The translations under genes were made by a program, and so were the position numbers. A stretch of DNA of 47,482 nt. It comes from Candidatus Nanoanaerosalina halalkaliphila. Lineage in GTDB: Archaea > Nanohalarchaeota > Nanosalinia > Nanosalinales > Nanoanaerosalinaceae. The stretch lies in contig JALDAE010000003.1 of NCBI GenBank assembly GCA_022729335.1, forward strand, positions 1 to 47,482, read 5' to 3'. The notes below the pieces were generated by a model, which saw nothing but the letters and a program-made list of their open reading frames with translations, had not been told where the DNA came from and searched no databases. Shown here piece after piece: positions 35,675 to 44,974 of the stretch. Positions within the stretch are counted from its first letter, which is position 1. Each line of letters opens with the position of its first letter.

Positions 35675-35760
35675 TTTTTTGCAACTTGATTGTAGCAAAA
35701 GTCCCGAGCACTTGTCCGAGTTCATCATCTGACCTCAATGCTACAAAAAGTTGTCAACTA
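35672..35760. other. Long imperfect inverted repeat / candidate structured ncRNA
   Basis: TTGTAGCA (35690-97) pairs with TGCTACAA (35739-46); GCAACTT with AAGTTGT; TAGTT with AACTA; inner GAGGUC/GACUUU stem on the minus strand. Confidence 0.55.
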
Positions 35761-35839
35761 TCCGTAACAAAAGTTCTTGAACCTGTGTTGATAGTTTGAA
35801 AAACCAGCTCCAACAATAAAGATACATGGGTAGATAAAG

Positions 35840-38131
35840 ATGGTAGAGTACACATTATTCTTCGATGAGATAGACAAAAACGACACTGCAAAGGTCGGTG
35901 GTAAAAGCGCAAACCTGGGAGAACTAGCCAACAATATAGATGTGCCTGTTTTGCCTGGTTTTGCAACAACAAGCAAGGCATACGAGCTTTTTCTTGAAGA
36001 AACCGGATTAAAAAGCGAAATAAAAGAAATACTTGAGGAACTTGACATAGATGACGTCAACGACCTTCAGAAAAGAGGTGAAAAAGTAAGAAATCTTATT
36101 AAAGATGCTGAAATGCCTGAAGAATTAAAAGAAGCATTTAAAGAAACATACAGAGAGCTTTCAGATCGACTGGATACCGAAAATGCCAACGTGGCTGTCC
36201 GTTCATCCGCAACAGCTGAAGACCTTCCAGGAGCATCATTCGCAGGACAGCAAGACACTTATCTAAACGTAGAAGGTGAAGAAAGCGTTATAAAAAGAAT
36301 AAAAGACTGTTATGCTTCTCTGTTTACAAACAGAGCAATATCTTACAGAGAGGACAAGGGTTTCAGCCACTTCGATGTGAAGCTTTCTGCAGTTGTGCAG
36401 AAAATGGGGAGATCCGACAAGGCTGCTGCAGGTGTGATGTTCACTATAGACCCTGACTCGGGTTTCTCTAACGCCATCGTGATCAACTCTTCCTACGGCC
36501 TAGGAGAGTACGTTGTGGGAGGAACCGTCAATCCCGACAAGTTCACAATGTTCAAGAAAAACCTCGGCCTTATCGAAAAAGAGCTCGGGGAAAAGAAGGT
36601 AAAGCTCATCAAGGATCCCGATGAAGAAAAAGAGAACAAGCAGGTTACAGTTCCACACGAAGAAAGAGAAAAGTTTTCAATAACTGACGAGGAAGCAAAA
36701 GAACTGGCAAAGTACGGTAAAAAAATTGAAGACCATTACGAGATGCCTATGGACATTGAGTGGTTGAAGGACGGAGACACAGAAGAGTTATATATTGTTC
36801 AGGCAAGGCCCGAGACTGTGCAGAGCGAGAAAGACCATAGCACAATAAGGGACTACATACTTGAAGAAGAGTCCAAGGTTATGCTTGAAGGACAGGCCAT
36901 TGGCTCAAAAATTGGTAGTGGAAAGGCCCACGTACTTGAATCCCCAAAGGAAATCGACAGGTTCGAGGAAGGAGAAGTTCTGGTCACGGATATGACTGAT
37001 CCTGACTGGGAGCCTATCATGAAAATTGCTGGAGCTATCATAACAAACAAGGGAGGAGCAACATCCCACGCAGCAATTGTTTCAAGAGAACTTGGAGTTC
37101 CTGCAATCGTTGGTACTGAAAACGCAACTTCAAAGATAAAAGATGGTGAGCCCGTAACAGTTGACTGTTCCCAGTCCACAGGACGTGTATGGGAAGGTGA
37201 ACTGGACTACGAGGTTGAAGAACACCACATAGATGACATACCTGAAACCGAAACCGATGTCCAGATAAATATCGGGGAGCCAGGAAAGGTTTTCCATCTT
37301 GCGCAGCTACCTGTAAAAGGAGTTGGACTTGCAAGAGAAGAGTTCATAGTTGCATCACATGTAGGGAAGCATCCTATGAAATTGATCGAAGAAGGTGAAG
37401 AAGAAAAATTTGTTGATGCCCTTAGATCAGGGATAGGAAAAATAGGGGCTGCTTTCCACCCAAGACAGGTTGTAGTAAGGCTTTCCGACTTCAAATCCGA
37501 TGAGTACGCAGACCTTGAAGGTGGAGAGGAGTACGAACCTGACGAGGCAAATCCGATGCTTGGGTTCAGAGGAGCTTCCAGGTACTACGATGAAGAGTTC
37601 TCCGACGCTTTCGAGCTGGAGTGCAAGGCCCTAAGAAGATGTATAGACGAACTGGGGCTTGACAACCTGACAATAATGGTTCCTTTCTGCCGAACAGTTG
37701 AAGAAGGAGAGCGTGTAAGACAGAAGATGCGTGATTACGGTCTCGACCAGGGAGATCTCGATGTTTACGTCATGGCAGAGATCCCGTCAAACATTTTGAG
37801 AGCTGATGAATTCGCGAATGTATTCGATGGGTTCTCAATCGGTACGAACGACCTGACCCAGATGACGCTGGGAGTTGACAGAAACAGTAGTAAACTTTCG
37901 GATCTTTTCGATGAGAGAGATCCAGCAGTCAAGGAAAGCGTCCAGATGCTTATATGGAAGGCTCACAAGCACAAGAAGCACGTAGGTATCTGCGGGGACG
38001 CACCTTCAACACACGAGGGCTACGCAGAGTTCCTTGTAAAGTCAGAGATAGATGCTATATCAGTATCTCCTGACGTTGCCCTAGAAACTATTTTGAAGGT
38101 AGCGGAAGCCGAGGAGAAGCACAGAGGCTAA
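35840..38131 (+). CDS. ppsA: Phosphoenolpyruvate synthase (pyruvate, water dikinase)
   Basis: VGGK.ANLGE, AVRSSATAEDLP.ASFAGQQ, DIEW, GG.TSHAAIVSRE, GVGLAR.E, E.NPMLG.RG, FSIGTNDLTQ. Confidence 0.97.
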   Translation: MVEYTLFFDEIDKNDTAKVGGKSANLGELANNIDVPVLPGFATTSKAYELFLEETGLKSEIKEILEELDIDDVNDLQKRGEKVRNLIKDAEMPEELKEAFKETYRELSDRLDTENANVAVRSSATAEDLPGASFAGQQDTYLNVEGEESVIKRIKDCYASLFTNRAISYREDKGFSHFDVKLSAVVQKMGRSDKAAAGVMFTIDPDSGFSNAIVINSSYGLGEYVVGGTVNPDKFTMFKKNLGLIEKELGEKKVKLIKDPDEEKENKQVTVPHEEREKFSITDEEAKELAKYGKKIEDHYEMPMDIEWLKDGDTEELYIVQARPETVQSEKDHSTIRDYILEEESKVMLEGQAIGSKIGSGKAHVLESPKEIDRFEEGEVLVTDMTDPDWEPIMKIAGAIITNKGGATSHAAIVSRELGVPAIVGTENATSKIKDGEPVTVDCSQSTGRVWEGELDYEVEEHHIDDIPETETDVQINIGEPGKVFHLAQLPVKGVGLAREEFIVASHVGKHPMKLIEEGEEEKFVDALRSGIGKIGAAFHPRQVVVRLSDFKSDEYADLEGGEEYEPDEANPMLGFRGASRYYDEEFSDAFELECKALRRCIDELGLDNLTIMVPFCRTVEEGERVRQKMRDYGLDQGDLDVYVMAEIPSNILRADEFANVFDGFSIGTNDLTQMTLGVDRNSSKLSDLFDERDPAVKESVQMLIWKAHKHKKHVGICGDAPSTHEGYAEFLVKSEIDAISVSPDVALETILKVAEAEEKHRG

Positions 38132-38145
38132 GAAGCCTCTGAAAG

Positions 38146-39552
38146 CTATTTATTTCTTTCTTCCTTCTCTTCTTTTACCTCAGAAAGCCTTCTTATCTCC
38201 ATGATGTTCGTGTTACCAGGAACGGATTCGGGCACACCAGCAGTGAACACTATAAGGTCGTTTTCTTCCACATAACCAATTTCTTCTGCTTTCTCGGCTG
38301 CTTCAATAATCATGTCCTGAAAGTGTTCCTCATATTCCGTGTAAACAGGTTCAACTCCCCAGACAAGTTTCAGTTGCCTCCTTGTTGATCTCGAATCCGT
38401 GAAAGCCAGGACAGGTACAGATGGCCTGAACTTTGCCGTGTTTCTGGCTGTGTATCCCGAAGACGTATGAGCTATGATCATCTCCGCATCCATCTCTTCC
38501 GAAGACTTCCATACGCTTCTGCAGATAGAATCAGTTATAGAATTAGCAATGTCCCCCTCGATATGTTCCAAGTCACTTTTAACCTCTTCTTCAACCTTTT
38601 CTACAACTTTTGACATGTAATCAACACTCCTGACAGGGTGATCGCCTACCGCCGTCTCCTCGGAAAGCATAACTGCGTCCGTGCCGTCCAGTACAGCGTT
38701 TGCAACATCTGAAGTCTCTGCTCTTGTTGCCCTGGGATTCTCCGTCATGGACTGAAGGAGCTGTGTGGCAGTTATTACCGGTTTACCTCTCCTGTTGCAC
38801 TTTTTGATTATCTTTTTCTGTAGAAGAGGTAACTGCGTCGAAGGTGTCTCAACGCCTAGATCGCCTCTGGCAACCATGATTCCGTCAGAAACCTCGATTA
38901 TCTCATCAAGATTTTCAACAGCCTTGAAATGCTCTATCTTGGAGATCACCTGCATGTCGGAGTCGTTTTCCTCCAGTATTTTCCTGACGTTTTTCACATC
39001 CTCGGCACTTTTTACAAAAGATACGGAGACAAAATCGTAGCCTTTCTCACATCCGAACCTGATATCCCTGACATCTTTTTCGGTGGGTGCGTTAAGCCCC
39101 ATATCTTTACCGGGAACGTTGATCGAATCTCCAGATGAGATTGTGCCTCCATGCACGACGTTGCACAAAACTGTGCCCTCATAAACATCAAGCACTACAA
39201 GCTCTACTTTGCCGTCGTTCAAAAGGATTTTGTCACCCTCTGATACATGTTGGGAGAATCTTTCGTATCGAACAGGTATGGCTCCTTCGCCTCCAAGCTT
39301 TATTTCTTCGCCCTTCTCAACTTTTATATCTTCCATCTCTCCTGTTCTGTGTTCGGGGCCTTTTGTGTCCAGCATCGTAGCTACATCCAGGTCCAGTTCC
39401 TTCACACGATCAAATATCTTTCCGTGGGTTTCATGGTCCACGTGGGAAAAGTTAAACCTCAAGACATCCACACCTGCATCGGATATCTCCTCGAGTTTCT
39501 CCTCTGAATCCGAAGCCGGTCCAACAGTGGCAACAATTTTTGTGCTTCTCAT
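38146..39552 (-). CDS. pyk: Pyruvate kinase
   Basis: TKIVATVGP, RFNFSH, DTKGPE, KIE, DGIMVARGDLG, TRAE.SDVANAVLDG.DAVMLS; ATG at 39552 (TTG 39561 is an alternative). Confidence 0.97.
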   Translation of the reverse strand: MRSTKIVATVGPASDSEEKLEEISDAGVDVLRFNFSHVDHETHGKIFDRVKELDLDVATMLDTKGPEHRTGEMEDIKVEKGEEIKLGGEGAIPVRYERFSQHVSEGDKILLNDGKVELVVLDVYEGTVLCNVVHGGTISSGDSINVPGKDMGLNAPTEKDVRDIRFGCEKGYDFVSVSFVKSAEDVKNVRKILEENDSDMQVISKIEHFKAVENLDEIIEVSDGIMVARGDLGVETPSTQLPLLQKKIIKKCNRRGKPVITATQLLQSMTENPRATRAETSDVANAVLDGTDAVMLSEETAVGDHPVRSVDYMSKVVEKVEEEVKSDLEHIEGDIANSITDSICRSVWKSSEEMDAEMIIAHTSSGYTARNTAKFRPSVPVLAFTDSRSTRRQLKLVWGVEPVYTEYEEHFQDMIIEAAEKAEEIGYVEENDLIVFTAGVPESVPGNTNIMEIRRLSEVKEEKEERNK

Positions 39553-39649
39553 CTGAATCAACTATTTATTACATGCCGAATTTAAAATGGTTGTTCCTCT
39601 TGTGAAAAACACGAAAAGTTTTTAACTCAAACTAACCAAGAGAATTAAA

Positions 39650-40177
39650 ATGACTGTGATAGCTGTTTCGGGTCCTCCAGGAGCAGGTACCTCCACAATA
39701 GCGAAAAAACTGGCTGAAAAACTCGAAATCAAATATTTCTCGCCAGGCCAGTACATGAAGAACAAGGCAGGCGGTAATGAAACAGAGGCCGCTTTCAAGG
39801 GATGGGAGGACGAGGAGCTTTCAAGCGAAGAGTTTCATAACGACATAGACGAGATGCAGAAACAGGTCGCCAGGAAAGGAGAAGTGGTGATTGACGGAAA
39901 GCTATCCGTATACATGATAGATCAGTACGCAGATTTAACTGTTTTTCTGACAGCTCCTATAGAAACAAGGGCCAAAAGAAGTTCAAAAAGAGATAAAATG
40001 GATTATAAAGACGTAAAAGAAACTATAAGAAAAAGACAGAGGGAAGAAGTAGAAAATTGGGGAGAAATGTACGGTTTCAATTACATCGAAAAACAGAGAA
40101 AGGATGCAGATGTTGTTATAGATACCTCCGATAAAAATCCCGAAAAGATAGTGAGAGAGATTTTAGAAGAACTATGA
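39650..40177 (+). CDS. cmk: Cytidylate kinase, archaeal type
   Basis: IAVSGPPGAGTST, ID..Q, V.DG.L, L.AP...RA.R, D.VIDT. Confidence 0.88.
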   Translation: MTVIAVSGPPGAGTSTIAKKLAEKLEIKYFSPGQYMKNKAGGNETEAAFKGWEDEELSSEEFHNDIDEMQKQVARKGEVVIDGKLSVYMIDQYADLTVFLTAPIETRAKRSSKRDKMDYKDVKETIRKRQREEVENWGEMYGFNYIEKQRKDADVVIDTSDKNPEKIVREILEEL

Positions 40178-42127
40178 CCCTTTAATATGATTTAAACGAT
40201 TTTTTGTTATTATCAGGAAAATCACTAACAAGATTCCTGTAATGCTAAAAAAGTAGCCCAATACATCCGAGAACGTTCTTCCGTATTCCAGCACTGTTTC
40301 GCCCTGTGTATGTAACAATATAAGAGAGGGTGCAACCTGATAAACCTCTATTTCCTCTCCTTCGGATCGGGCTTCCCAGTTAGGAAAATAAGATTTCTTA
40401 ACAAGTACAGGAACTTTTTCATCCGAATCAACGTAAAACTCTAGCCTCTCTTGATTTTCATCAACATATCTTAAATCAACAGATGCGTTTTCACCGCTGT
40501 TGAATTCTTTATCAGTGTTCAAAACAAATGTCTGATGATCTTCAAATTCATAAAACCACCTATCAATATCTTGAGTTGTTACTTCTTTCCTTGAATCAGG
40601 AGCATAATCCAGTGTTTCAACTAGAGAAGTGTTAACAGGGTTATAAGCTCTGTATTCAAATTCATAATCATCCATTTTTGAGTGCTCCCATTCGGCAACT
40701 ACACGATCAGATGTCCAGTCCAAGTTCCTTGGTCTAAAATAAGATACATATGTATCAATCCCGAAAAGCTTCATCTTTTCCTCGATTTCTTCTTGATCCC
40801 TTACTTTGTCCGGTACATAACTGCGATCAAGTCCTGTGGACCACTTCCAGAGAGACCTGTCCAGATTTTTCAAAAACGAGAAAATATATCTGCTGTTCCT
40901 AGATGATTCTATAAAAAGCCCGTTTACGCTTTTCCTGTCAAAATCCAAAGGTGCCTGTAGATACATGTACTGAGGATTTGGCTGGGAGATAAGATTCGTC
41001 TGAATCATTATTCTTTCCTCTCCAGGCAGTTCCTCGGTTTCCCAACCAATGTCTTCCGATCCTTGAGGATATATTCCCGGGGACAAAATGATAGAAACAA
41101 CGGTCAAAAAACCTATAAAAAACAATTTAATATTTAGATGCTCTTTTCTCAAAAAATCTATCAGGGATATGACTGAAAAAGCAATGAAAAGGAATATGAA
41201 AAATTCGATACGTAAAACATGAATCTCGAACCCTAAGTTGTGAGATAAAACAGAAAAAAAGCTCAAAATAACAACCATGACTTCATTAAACCCATCTTTC
41301 CCCCTATAAATTGATAATCCAAAAGCTATAACTCCTAAAACCAACAATACTATGAGGCATCTCGTGCCGATGTATGAAGGAAGAAAACTTGCTTGTGAAT
41401 AATTCATTTTGGAGAAAAAAGGAATAATCCAGAAAGAAACCAGCAAAAAAGTAGTTCCACAGGTCTTCAAAAAGAAATCTCTTCCTTTGTCTTTCAAAAC
41501 ATTGAAAACAACGAATCCTATCAGAGCTACGGACCCTATCACAAAATGTGAAAGTATGGTTCCCGAAAAAAGGAGTGAAACAGTAACAAATCCTTTATTG
41601 CCATAGATAGCCCCAAAAAAGAAGAAAAGTAAAGTCAACCCCAGCATCTGAGGAACTAATCCCTCTCTAAACACAGTTATAATTCCTCCATCAAATACAT
41701 GCAGCAGGTTGGAGAAAAAGAAGATACCAATAGACGAAGAAACAGAGATAGCACTGGAAAAACCTTTCTTCCTCAAAAAATAGTGTACCGAAACAGGGAA
41801 TAAAAGTATGCTGGCTCCCACAACTAGTTTAAACGCGGCTTCTGCACCAATACCAAAAGAGAGCAATGCAACCAGATATGAAAATAAAGGAGGATAAAAC
41901 TGGTTCTGGGGAAATCCTAAAAGGTATCCTGAATTCCACCCAATTGGTTCAGGGAAAAGATGGTTTCTGAGAGTTTTAGCGGACTCATAATGTCCTGTCA
42001 TATCCCAAGTATTGAGGTCATTGAACGCAAAAAAAGGCAGTAAATACCTCAAAGTTATGAATAACAGGAAAATCAAAAGTATGCCGATCCAGAGCTTTTT
42101 GTTTTCAGTATTTATCCTCATCTCCAA
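40172..42127 (-). CDS. GT-C-like membrane protein ('6-pyruvoyl-tetrahydropterin synthase-related'/YfhO-like)
   Basis: WD..GH, GW..G..G.P..FYPPL, polytopic core, C-terminal PVLVK.SYFPNW..Y.V.P domain and final TM. Confidence 0.82.
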   Translation of the reverse strand: MEMRINTENKKLWIGILLIFLLFITLRYLLPFFAFNDLNTWDMTGHYESAKTLRNHLFPEPIGWNSGYLLGFPQNQFYPPLFSYLVALLSFGIGAEAAFKLVVGASILLFPVSVHYFLRKKGFSSAISVSSSIGIFFFSNLLHVFDGGIITVFREGLVPQMLGLTLLFFFFGAIYGNKGFVTVSLLFSGTILSHFVIGSVALIGFVVFNVLKDKGRDFFLKTCGTTFLLVSFWIIPFFSKMNYSQASFLPSYIGTRCLIVLLVLGVIAFGLSIYRGKDGFNEVMVVILSFFSVLSHNLGFEIHVLRIEFFIFLFIAFSVISLIDFLRKEHLNIKLFFIGFLTVVSIILSPGIYPQGSEDIGWETEELPGEERIMIQTNLISQPNPQYMYLQAPLDFDRKSVNGLFIESSRNSRYIFSFLKNLDRSLWKWSTGLDRSYVPDKVRDQEEIEEKMKLFGIDTYVSYFRPRNLDWTSDRVVAEWEHSKMDDYEFEYRAYNPVNTSLVETLDYAPDSRKEVTTQDIDRWFYEFEDHQTFVLNTDKEFNSGENASVDLRYVDENQERLEFYVDSDEKVPVLVKKSYFPNWEARSEGEEIEVYQVAPSLILLHTQGETVLEYGRTFSDVLGYFFSITGILLVIFLIITKNRLNHIKGS

Positions 42128-43215
42128 AAAACAACCTCGAGAAACCTAATTAGAAAGTTTGGCAATGGAATTTTGCTTGATTCTGGATCCATATCCCTGA
42201 AATTTATTAAATGGTCTTTTGATAGTTCATAGGGTTTAAGATAAGGACCAGGAAATCTATTAAACCCGTAATCAATACATTCCATTGGAGACGAAATAAA
42301 GGAAATTTCAAGGGCGGGGTATCCTTTGTTTGGATTTTGATAGGATTCGTAGGAGCAGAACTCGCTCCATTGATTTCCCCAGTGTTTCATGGGAGAATTA
42401 GACATATTGTAAAAGTATTCGGGGTTATCGACCGAATTGTTCGAATCATGTGTTGTTCTCCGATTTCCAATGTAATAAAAAGAATCCTTAATCTCTATGT
42501 CTTTTGATTCCTCCCCTGTAAAACCTTTCGTTCTTTCGGAGTTTATATCACCCGAAAAAAAGGATAAATTAGCAGTGTCTTTGCTGGATCTGCCTATAAA
42601 CCCTCCAGCATACCCTATATAGATCTTGTTGATGGAGGAATACGATTTTTCTATAACTGAAGATTTAGAAACTCCGGAAAAACCACCTGCAACATCAAAA
42701 CCCATTATCTGTCCTGTTGTAAAGGAGTTAATGAACTCTGTTCTACTTGAATTACCCACAAATCCTCCTGCAACAGTTTCTTCCCTAATTTTGTCTTTTC
42801 TGGTTATTTCTGACATCGTGTATGTCTCTTCAAACGTGGTATTCTCAGAAATAGCAGCAAAACCTCCTGTTGTCTCCCCTGATTCCACGTGAACTCTGAG
42901 ACCTAATTCTTTTACAGATGCATTTTCAAGTTTAGTAAACATACCTGCTTTTTCTTCGCCTGAAACATATATGCCGTCTATAATGTGGCCACCTCCATCG
43001 ATAGATCCTTTAAATGGTTTTTGAATCGATCCAATAGGTTCGAAGCTGTTTCCTTCACAATAAATATTATCAGTAACTTGGAACTCTCTCTCAGGATGTT
43101 CCTCCAACTTTGTAAGATCTTCACAATTCGAAATCTCGGTGCCATGAGCCGAAAACGACAGGAAAATAAAAAATACTGTTAACAGAAGTTTGGTGTAACG
43201 AACATTTTTTTTCAT
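42118..43215 (-). CDS. Secreted GLUG-motif (beta-helix-like) protein
   Basis: Likely start MKKNVRY at 43215 with signal peptide; ISNCEDL, FEPIG..PFKGSIDGGGHII, repeated GGF.G units, GYPAL. Confidence 0.82.
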   Translation of the reverse strand: MKKNVRYTKLLLTVFFIFLSFSAHGTEISNCEDLTKLEEHPEREFQVTDNIYCEGNSFEPIGSIQKPFKGSIDGGGHIIDGIYVSGEEKAGMFTKLENASVKELGLRVHVESGETTGGFAAISENTTFEETYTMSEITRKDKIREETVAGGFVGNSSRTEFINSFTTGQIMGFDVAGGFSGVSKSSVIEKSYSSINKIYIGYAGGFIGRSSKDTANLSFFSGDINSERTKGFTGEESKDIEIKDSFYYIGNRRTTHDSNNSVDNPEYFYNMSNSPMKHWGNQWSEFCSYESYQNPNKGYPALEISFISSPMECIDYGFNRFPGPYLKPYELSKDHLINFRDMDPESSKIPLPNFLIRFLEVVFWR

Positions 43216-43276
43216 GGAACCACGATAAAATAAATTATTATCAAATGTTATAATTTTAAGAACCCTAGACTTCTTT

Positions 43277-44002
43277 GTGAAAATTTCAACCATAATTCCC
43301 TCGTACAACGAAGAAACCTTTATAGAAGAATGCTTAAAGAAATCGCTGGAAGCTCATAAGGATTTAGGACATGAATTTGAAATAATAGCTGTTGACGATG
43401 GATGCACAGACAGAACACCAGAAATAACAGAAAGATTATCCAGAGAAAAAGATGAAATAAAACACCTGAGCTTTGAAAACAGGCTTGGAAAAGGAAAAGC
43501 TATAGAGACAGGTTTCAAGGAAGCTGAGGGAGATTACCTTATTTTTTATGACACCGATCTTTCAACAGATCTTGAATACCTTGAAAAACTTTTAGAAAAC
43601 CTTGATAATGGTTTTGATGCTGTTATAGGTTCTAGGCTTCACGAGGAAACAGATCTGGATTCAAGGTTTCACCGGGCAATGGTAAGGAAATCCTACTCAT
43701 GTTTCTTGAACCTTCTATTCGATACTGATATTGGTGATCTGCAGTGTGGCTTCAAAGGTTTCAGAAAAGAGGCTTACATAAATGTTGTAGATGACATGAA
43801 GGCAGAACATATGTTCTGGGACACAGAAATCATTATCAGAATGTGTCATCAGGGCCATAAAGTGAAGGAAATACCTGTGGAATGGACCAAAAAACCGGAG
43901 TCAAAGACAAGAACCAGGGATGTTTTTCCAAAGTTTCCGGTGGAAGCTCTCAAACTAAAAAAAGAGCTCAGAGGACAGGACTGCACGAAGATTAAAAAAT
44001 AA
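43277..44002 (+). CDS. Dolichyl-phosphate hexose synthase-like GT2 (ALG5/DPG-like)
   Basis: IPSYNE, VDDGCTD, GKG.A, DTDLST, IGSR, DLQCGFK, WDTE, EIPV.W; GTG start. Confidence 0.9.
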   Translation: MKISTIIPSYNEETFIEECLKKSLEAHKDLGHEFEIIAVDDGCTDRTPEITERLSREKDEIKHLSFENRLGKGKAIETGFKEAEGDYLIFYDTDLSTDLEYLEKLLENLDNGFDAVIGSRLHEETDLDSRFHRAMVRKSYSCFLNLLFDTDIGDLQCGFKGFRKEAYINVVDDMKAEHMFWDTEIIIRMCHQGHKVKEIPVEWTKKPESKTRTRDVFPKFPVEALKLKKELRGQDCTKIKK

Positions 44003-44028
44003 GAACTCCAATTATTTAATTGATAAAC

Positions 44029-44955
44029 ATGGAAATACTTATCACGGGAGGAGGTGGTTTCATAGGAAGCCACCTGACAGAGGAACTTCTCAGAAATCAC
44101 GAAGTAACTGTTGTCGATAATTTCTGTTCTTCATCCAGAAAAAATATCAGAGAATTCAAAGAACATGAAAATTTTAATCTGATCGAGACCGATATCCTTG
44201 AAGATTTTGAGATTCATATTGATCCGGATTACATCATACATATGGCTTCTAGGGCTTCTCCAGTAGATTACAGGGAACATCCAGTTCATACAATTAGGAC
44301 GAATACCGAAGGAACTCTTAAAATGCTTGAAATAGCTTATAGGTACGATGCCAAATTTATGTTCACGTCCACATCTGAAGTGTACGGAGATCCCGAAATA
44401 CATCCTCAGCCGGAAGATTACTGGGGAAACGTAAACCCCAACGGTCCAAGAGCATGTTATGACGAGGGTAAAAGATGCGGGGAGGCCGCAATAGCCAGCT
44501 ATGTAAAGAAAAACCCTGTTGATTACAGGATCGTCAGGATTTTCAATACCTATGGACCCAGACTTAGAACTGGCGATGGCAGAGTCATAAGCAACTTTGT
44601 TACACAGGCGCTCAATGGAGATCCCATAACTGTTTATGGAGACGGAAAGCAGACCAGGAGCTTTTGCTATGTGGACGATCTGGTTTCAGGACTTCTAAGA
44701 GCCATGGATTCAAAAACAGAGGAGATATTTAATCTTGGTAACCCCGATGAAAAAAGCATCATAGAACTCGCTGAAATCATAAAAGATATAATTCAGCCAG
44801 AATCCGACATTGTTTACAGAGATTTACCCGAAGACGATCCTGAGCAGAGGAAACCCGACATATCAAAAGCAAGGAAAAAACTGGGATGGGAGCCAGAAAC
44901 AGAACTTGAAGAAGGACTGAGAAAGACCATAGATTATTTCAGAGAGATAGTTTAA
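44029..44955 (+). CDS. UDP-glucuronate decarboxylase (UDP-xylose synthase) family
   Basis: GGGGFIGSHL, AS.ASP, STSEVYGDP..HPQ.E.YWGNVNP.GPRACYDEGKR, RIFNTYGPR, DGRVISNF, DDP..R.PDI. Confidence 0.92.
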   Translation: MEILITGGGGFIGSHLTEELLRNHEVTVVDNFCSSSRKNIREFKEHENFNLIETDILEDFEIHIDPDYIIHMASRASPVDYREHPVHTIRTNTEGTLKMLEIAYRYDAKFMFTSTSEVYGDPEIHPQPEDYWGNVNPNGPRACYDEGKRCGEAAIASYVKKNPVDYRIVRIFNTYGPRLRTGDGRVISNFVTQALNGDPITVYGDGKQTRSFCYVDDLVSGLLRAMDSKTEEIFNLGNPDEKSIIELAEIIKDIIQPESDIVYRDLPEDDPEQRKPDISKARKKLGWEPETELEEGLRKTIDYFREIV

Positions 44956-44974
44956 AGAAAATGTTTGTTCTCTT

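Noticed and set aside
35700-35745. Canonical box C/D sRNA, hammerhead ribozyme or Y RNA
   Set aside because: AUGAUGA is present on the minus strand but there is no correctly placed CUGA, no CUGAUGA/GAAA core and no bulged-C Ro60 helix; kept only as an unclassified structure.
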